Origin: a virus
Taxonomy: Duplodnaviria > Caudoviricetes
Strand: one strand, 5' to 3'
Virus record (IMG/VR): IMGVR_UViG_3300027782_000083
Coordinates: 1-63,002 of that record
DNA: 63,002 bases
Shown: piece after piece, positions 58,132-63,002 of the stretch
Layout: each line of letters starts with the position of its first letter
How positions within the stretch are numbered: position 1 is the first letter of the stretch
Program-made: the position numbers and the translations under genes
Notes under the pieces: model-generated
Told to the model about the DNA's origin: nothing
The model's input: only the letters and a program-made list of their open reading frames with translations
Database searches by the model: none

Positions 58132-58608
58132 TTAGCTTAAGAATAAGGCACGTTCATCGTTCCTGCGGGTTACTAGACCTTTCAGTACTTTACCCCCAGC
58201 CAGCGTATATTTCAAGAACTCTTCTGCCGCTTCTTCCATTTCGCCCCGAATAACCTTCTGACGGAGGGTGCTGCGCTGTAGTGTTCCCAGACCAACATTA
58301 AAGCTAAAACTAACAAGAGCATCGAATTGACCTTGAGTGAGCTTGACAGGACAGTAGCGTTCAACACCTCGCTCAAAGCGATTAAGATCGTCTCGAAGAA
58401 TGTCATCTACTTCCTCCATAGAAAAGGTACGGTCGTCTTTATATTCCAAGGGTGTACTATCCCGTTCTTCTATCTTTAAAGCACCCTGACGTGGGTAGAG
58501 TACATGCCCGACACCAATCGTCCACAATTTTGCGGGACAGCGATATGGACGTTGACGAACACCCTCATGGTGCTTAATCATTTTGATAGCTTTATCGCTC
58601 ACACGCAT
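58132..58608 (-). CDS. Endolysin, GH24 lysozyme
   Basis: IKHHEG...[35 protein letters not shown]. Confidence 0.9.
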   Translation of the reverse strand: MRVSDKAIKMIKHHEGVRQRPYRCPAKLWTIGVGHVLYPRQGALKIEERDSTPLEYKDDRTFSMEEVDDILRDDLNRFERGVERYCPVKLTQGQFDALVSFSFNVGLGTLQRSTLRQKVIRGEMEEAAEEFLKYTLAGGKVLKGLVTRRNDERALFLS

Positions 58609-58702
58609 GGACAATTAATAAAAAAGTGTAGTTAACAAAAGCGGCTAACCCAAGGCAAACGCCAACAGGATACGCATTGAATAGATTTATAAAATCGTTC
58701 AT
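58592..58702 (-). CDS. Small hydrophobic peptide (36 aa)
   Basis: Not in the ORF track; [36 protein letters not shown] overlaps the lysozyme start. Confidence 0.35.
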   Translation of the reverse strand: MNDFINLFNAYPVGVCLGLAAFVNYTFLLIVHACER

Positions 58703-58753
58703 CTCTATACATTTTTAACTAACGTGCATAATTTTTTAAGTTTTTTATACACA

Positions 58754-59236
58754 TTACTTCTTAAATGCCTGTGTGCCAAACCAGAAAGAAACAATACTTG
58801 CCCAAATAATCTGGGTTTCATCATCCCATAGGAGGTTTAACGCCACGTCAAATGGCACTTCTCGATGGAAGGCAAACCAGAACCCAAACAGTTCTACAAA
58901 CATGAACATCAAGAACATCCCGTAGGTAATGGCTGGTCTAACCATTGCCCGTGAATTTGTAACCCACTGGGAAGCACCTTTGCCAATCTCGATGTCGTGA
59001 GCATACAAAGACGCTCTTTCTTGGGCTTGGGTCTGCATCTCAATCTGCTGGGTCTTAATCTCTTCTACATGAGCTTGAGCTTGAAAGCCTCTCTCCATCA
59101 TCTGTAGTTCCCGTTCTGTCTGCAAACGAGCCATTTCCATCTCATGCTTCTTGTCGGACTTGTCTTGGAAAAACCCAAGCAGGCTAGGCAGTCCACCTGA
59201 CAGGAACGATATAAGGGTAGTAAATAGGGTAATCAT
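58754..59236 (-). CDS. Holin-like membrane protein
   Basis: VRPAITY, two C-terminal TM segments, SFWFG; upstream of lysozyme. Confidence 0.55.
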   Translation of the reverse strand: MITLFTTLISFLSGGLPSLLGFFQDKSDKKHEMEMARLQTERELQMMERGFQAQAHVEEIKTQQIEMQTQAQERASLYAHDIEIGKGASQWVTNSRAMVRPAITYGMFLMFMFVELFGFWFAFHREVPFDVALNLLWDDETQIIWASIVSFWFGTQAFKK

Positions 59237-59493
59237 TTCTTTCCTCTTTCTTCAAGGAGTTTGACCCGCACATGGAGGTCATGGAGTTCTTTGTACAGTT
59301 CCTCACGCATCTTTGCCCTGCGCTCGGCTGATATAGGGCTGTCTGTTGGTATGCCTTCAGAGGTAATCAACGCTGGCATCTTGCCTTCAATCTGGGTCAG
59401 GCGGGTCTGAAATGAGGATACTTGACCGAGTAGCCACGCTATACAGGCTACTAAGATCGGAATAACCGCCTTTAGTACGTCTTGCATATTCAT
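59233..59493 (-). CDS. Membrane-anchored coiled-coil protein
   Basis: N-terminal TM segment. Confidence 0.5.
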   Translation of the reverse strand: MNMQDVLKAVIPILVACIAWLLGQVSSFQTRLTQIEGKMPALITSEGIPTDSPISAERRAKMREELYKELHDLHVRVKLLEERGKK

Positions 59494-59942
59494 CTTTTAG
59501 ACCCCCATACTATGTAATAAGCAATCCAAGCAGCTACCAAAAAGCACCAGAACTGCACCCATTTAACCTTTGATAACTCGGCATCAAAGTACTTCTTGTC
59601 TTCCTTCTCAAGCCGTTCAATCTCGGTCTTGATGTCTAGCACCTTCTGCCATTCTTTGGTGCCGTGCTGCTTTATAAAGTCCACCCTTAGTTTGTACTCT
59701 TCATCGCTTATCTTCTTGCGGTGTTTGTACTCCTCAAGGGCTTTAAATATTGCCCGTTCCTTCTTTAACTCTGCTTCTCTACGCTCACGAATCCTTGCGT
59801 TTGCTTGCTGCTTTGCAACATCTACTGCTTCCTTCTGTACTTCCTCGATGTTCTTGCCAATCTCTCGACCAGCTTCCCGTCCAGTTTTTATCCCTTCACT
59901 GATGCCCTTAGCACCAGCCGACAACCCAAGTTCGTCTGCCAT
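59490..59942 (-). CDS. Coiled-coil protein with C-terminal TM
   Basis: ORF composition. Confidence 0.5.
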   Translation of the reverse strand: MADELGLSAGAKGISEGIKTGREAGREIGKNIEEVQKEAVDVAKQQANARIRERREAELKKERAIFKALEEYKHRKKISDEEYKLRVDFIKQHGTKEWQKVLDIKTEIERLEKEDKKYFDAELSKVKWVQFWCFLVAAWIAYYIVWGSKR

Positions 59943-59950
59943 AGCTCAAT

Positions 59951-60163
59951 TTAAAATACCTCTCCGCCAGCGGCTGGAACAGATGTTGCATGGATCAAAA
60001 TATGCTGTTTTAAGTTTAGTGGCGCACCACAGTCTGAGCAGAAGTCCGCATCTAATTCAGATTCATCTAAGTCAAATCCACAGGCGGCACAGACAATCTC
60101 GACTTCGTGGTGTGGCTCAATCAGCCCGCTATCTAAAGTTCTAGCTTGAATGGTTTGTTTCAT
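59951..60163 (-). CDS. Zn-ribbon protein
   Basis: CAACG...CSDCG. Confidence 0.5.
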   Translation of the reverse strand: MKQTIQARTLDSGLIEPHHEVEIVCAACGFDLDESELDADFCSDCGAPLNLKQHILIHATSVPAAGGEVF

Positions 60164-60363
60164 GGCAAAGTCGCAATGTACGCACTAGCATCCGTCATCA
60201 CATTCCCATCGGCATCTTGCAGTTCTGCACCAGCTAAGACTTCTTTTTTGAAGTTAGCGTAGTCGGTGTTGGCTGGGTCTGTTGGAATAGCCATAAAACT
60301 TCCATCTTCTTTGTTTTTAATCAAACCAATACTATTTTGAAATCCTTTTATTAGTTTGTACAT
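60160..60363 (-). CDS. Small tail-fibre chaperone-like protein
   Basis: IPTDPANTDY motif; follows a fibre gene. Confidence 0.55.
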   Translation of the reverse strand: MYKLIKGFQNSIGLIKNKEDGSFMAIPTDPANTDYANFKKEVLAGAELQDADGNVMTDASAYIATLP

Positions 60364-61455
60364 TTATAACTCCGCAGATAAATTAAAATATGACGAAGAA
60401 TTACTAAGATACATACCTGAAGCATTTCCAGCAACCAAACCTGAGCCGCCTGAAGCAGTTATTCGCAACAGTTTGTTTGAAGAACCACTATCAATAGTCC
60501 ATGTTGTAGCACCACTAGCAGAACCTGTTGAAGTCCAAGCATTAAGGTTATTGTATGAAAGAGTAGGTATTGCTCTCATTTCTGTTGGTGTTACAAATGC
60601 ACCAATAGCGGCAGAAGTTGTATATGCTTGACCTATCATAATTGGTATTCCTGAACCCGACAAACCATAATAATAGCGTTGGCAAAGCATTAATTCAGTA
60701 CCATAAGGTCTGTAATCAAAGCTAGTAGCTGTAGAGCCTACCTCTAGTTGGATACCTGTGACATACCATGTAGCACCAGTATTTGCCGCTAGCTTTACAC
60801 CACCAGTTAATCCACGCTCCACATTTGCCCATGCCGTACTTGCGGCTGACGAGTAAGTTGTTCCAAATCCAAGGTCAAAAAATACAGCAAGACCCCTTTG
60901 ATTAGTTGTTTCCCAAGTTCCGCTTGTATCGCCAGCAATCGTTATTGTTTTGTATTCAAAAGTATTTGCTGAGTTAATTGTGTAACTTGCAATATATCCT
61001 CTATCAGCATTATTGTTTTCAAAACAAACACCAAATGTTCCAGTTAAACTAGACCTGACCCAAAACGACAATGTAATAGTTTTAGCGTTAGCCGTTCCAA
61101 ATCCAAAATCAGCCATATTAAAACCCTCAATAAACTGGGCTAATAAAGGTTGATTAGTTGCAGTTGTTGTTGCAGTTCCTGCTGTAGCTTTTAACGCATA
61201 AGAAAATCCAGTAGGAATAACTGAAGTTTGCTGTTGAAATGTCATTGATTGGTCAACAGGTGCATCGGCTCTAAATCTGTCTGTTAAATAACTAGAGCCA
61301 TTACTTGATATAGTTACTGCCGCACCAGCGTTTCTTTGGTCAATGACTTGTCCGCCATTGATGATGCGGTTGAGGAATGGTCTTGTAGCACTTGTTTGTG
61401 CCGAGCCATCAGAAAAAGTTATAGATGGCGAACTGCCGTTAATGATTGTAGTCAT
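60364..61455 (-). CDS. Tail fibre/carbohydrate-binding receptor protein
   Basis: NRIING...DQRNAG, TLSFWV, GIQLEVGSTATSF, ELMLCQRYY, LSAEL. Confidence 0.7.
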   Translation of the reverse strand: MTTIINGSSPSITFSDGSAQTSATRPFLNRIINGGQVIDQRNAGAAVTISSNGSSYLTDRFRADAPVDQSMTFQQQTSVIPTGFSYALKATAGTATTTATNQPLLAQFIEGFNMADFGFGTANAKTITLSFWVRSSLTGTFGVCFENNNADRGYIASYTINSANTFEYKTITIAGDTSGTWETTNQRGLAVFFDLGFGTTYSSAASTAWANVERGLTGGVKLAANTGATWYVTGIQLEVGSTATSFDYRPYGTELMLCQRYYYGLSGSGIPIMIGQAYTTSAAIGAFVTPTEMRAIPTLSYNNLNAWTSTGSASGATTWTIDSGSSNKLLRITASGGSGLVAGNASGMYLSNSSSYFNLSAEL

Positions 61456-62207
61456 ACTTGTTCCTTACGCTTTTGATGCCATGCCTTAACAGCTTGACTG
61501 ATTTTCATTTTATCCTCGTCTGTGTAAACTCTTTTTGCTCTTGATGCACGCATCTTAGCTTTAGTTTCTTCGCTATGCTTGCGACCTTTGTTAGGACTAT
61601 CATGTTCTGCCCAATAAGCCTTTTGGCTTGCGGACATTTTGGCTTTGGTTTCTTCTGTGTGCGGTATGCCTTTAGTTGGACATGGTCTGCCTTTAAGGGC
61701 TTCTGATAGCTTTCTTTTGCCTTCTTCAGGGTAAGCTTTACCTTTCATGCCTGACTTGCTTCCAAGCGGTCTATTGAGCTTCTTGCCTGTTCTGCTAATA
61801 GACATCTGCTTTCGTGTTTCTTCTGAAAACTTTTTACCCCATTGCGGGTTATTTTCACCAAGATAGCGTTCTCTGAGCCAAGGTCTTTTAATGCCTTTTT
61901 GTGGGTGTGGCTTACCCCACATATGATGCAATTCACCAGCACCAGCACCTTCACCACCTACTGTCAAATTAGCCAGCTTGTAACCTAGTCGCTTTAACTG
62001 GTCAATGCGTTCTTGCTCGCACAAATAGGCGAGTTCTTCGTCAATGTCTTTGGCTAAATAATTGATGGTGTAGCCGTTTGCTTTTTCAACAACACGCTTC
62101 CAATAAATGTTGCGATTCTGCTTGGAGTTGGCACGATAGTCCTTACCCTTTCCAACATAGAAAGGAATGTTAGTATCTTTACGAATATGCTCGTAAACAT
62201 AGAACAT
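61452..62207 (-). CDS. GIY-YIG homing endonuclease with NUMOD3 repeats
   Basis: FYVYEH...FYVGKG, NLTVGGEG, KGRKHSEETKAKM repeats. Confidence 0.8.
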   Translation of the reverse strand: MFYVYEHIRKDTNIPFYVGKGKDYRANSKQNRNIYWKRVVEKANGYTINYLAKDIDEELAYLCEQERIDQLKRLGYKLANLTVGGEGAGAGELHHMWGKPHPQKGIKRPWLRERYLGENNPQWGKKFSEETRKQMSISRTGKKLNRPLGSKSGMKGKAYPEEGKRKLSEALKGRPCPTKGIPHTEETKAKMSASQKAYWAEHDSPNKGRKHSEETKAKMRASRAKRVYTDEDKMKISQAVKAWHQKRKEQV

Positions 62208-62209
62208 TA

Positions 62210-62308
62210 TTATTTTGCTCCTACGGATGGAGTTACCGCATTAGCAGTAATACTCCCGTTGTACATGGGAGTTGTTATTCCGTTTGTGCCGTCTAAGGTT
62301 ATAGGCAT
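62210..62308 (-). pseudogene. Truncated tail-fibre N-terminal stub (32 aa)
   Basis: MPITLDGTNGITTPMYNGSITANAVTPSVGAK, then TAA TAA TG leading into the endonuclease gene. Confidence 0.45.
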
Positions 62309-62478
62309 TATACTAACTCCTCATCTGTTGGTCGTGGCAAGGTTGGATGATTCCAAACTTTTATGTAATCGCCTTTGCCGTCTGAGTCGTTTTGAAGTTG
62401 AATAACCCCATTAATAGCATGAAAATCTACATCTGTTAATGATGGATAAATTGATTTAATTTTTTCGTATAAAGTCAT
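62308..62478 (-). CDS. XkdW-like small fibre chaperone (56 aa)
   Basis: Not in the ORF track; LQNDSDGKGDYIKVWNHPTLPRPTDEEL; TAATG-coupled. Confidence 0.6.
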   Translation of the reverse strand: MTLYEKIKSIYPSLTDVDFHAINGVIQLQNDSDGKGDYIKVWNHPTLPRPTDEELV

Positions 62479-63002
62479 TATGCAGCCCTCACTAAAACAC
62501 CATTAAATACTCCACCACCAGCGTAAATTACTGGGCTTGTTCCTGTTATACGAATATATGATTCTATATAATCTGTTGTTCCATTCATAGAAATTATTAT
62601 TTGCAAAGATGGCGATATAGTAGTTCCGTTTGGCTGAAAATATGCGTATTGATTGTTTCCAGCACCATTTATATAAAACTGAATATACACATCTGTAAAA
62701 CTGCTTGACACTCCCACCAAAGGAGTCATCGTAAACAAATAATAACCAGCAACATTTGGTGTAAATCTGTAATTTGTTGTTGGGTCGTAACGATTATTAG
62801 TATCAAAAAGTTCGTTATTCCATTGTGCTTTTGTCCATGTTGCACTTGAAATGCTTTGGTCTGAACCTGAACGACTAGCACTAAACGCTGGCATATTACC
62901 GCTAACCATTGCTGTGCCTGTTACCGATGGAACAGTAACTAAGTTACCAGCACCCGATGCTAACTGTAATACACCGCTATTGTCAGCAGATTGGGTAAGC
63001 CC
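62478..63002 (-). CDS. C1q-like tail fibre/receptor-binding protein, allele B (5' end continues at 420-452 if circular)
   Basis: MPAFSASRSG...FTPNVAGYY...MNGTTDYIE...GVLVRAA. Confidence 0.7.
   Translation of the reverse strand, partial: GLTQSADNSGVLQLASGAGNLVTVPSVTGTAMVSGNMPAFSASRSGSDQSISSATWTKAQWNNELFDTNNRYDPTTNYRFTPNVAGYYLFTMTPLVGVSSSFTDVYIQFYINGAGNNQYAYFQPNGTTISPSLQIIISMNGTTDYIESYIRITGTSPVIYAGGGVFNGVLVRAA
62877..63002. repeat. 126-bp exact repeat, copy 2
   Basis: Identical to 294-419. Confidence 0.95.

Noticed and set aside
61452-62207. Group I intron around the endonucleases
   Set aside because: Both genes overlap or abut their neighbours, leaving no room for an intron core.
62877-63002. 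Direct terminal repeat of the virion DNA
   Set aside because: It matches an internal coding position (294-419), not base 1; an assembly junction fits better.

Overview
Near-complete genome of a tailed dsDNA phage, probably podovirus-like. It circularises at about 62.6 kb because the last 126 nt (62877-63002) repeat 294-419 exactly. The - strand late arm carries terminase, portal, GroES, scaffold, major capsid, head-tail proteins, small basic motif-bearing proteins, modular tail-fibre/chaperone cassettes with two GIY-YIG endonucleases, lysozyme, internal virion proteins and a 2556-aa polyvalent protein. The - strand middle arm carries an exonuclease, ERF, SSB-like protein, ParB-like proteins, an SF2 helicase and a TOPRIM primase. 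The + strand early arm is about 30 tiny genes. No integrase, CI-like repressor, DNA polymerase, tRNA or CRISPR was recognised. The strongest candidate novel system is a roughly 110-nt small RNA (35403-35513, -) with its own predicted promoter and terminator. Its central hairpin loop (UUCCUAGCAGUU) is antisense to a shared RBS motif (AAYUGCUAGGAA...AUG) at four translation starts in the recombination, replication and early operons. Also notable: a consensus chromosomal parS site, a chained-pseudoknot 5' leader, a gene-junction repeat in the early array, a shared xxxGG/ADGxAxRGKT peptide motif across many late proteins, and two alternative receptor-binding alleles at the contig ends. All product calls are from motif recognition by eye; no database searches were run.
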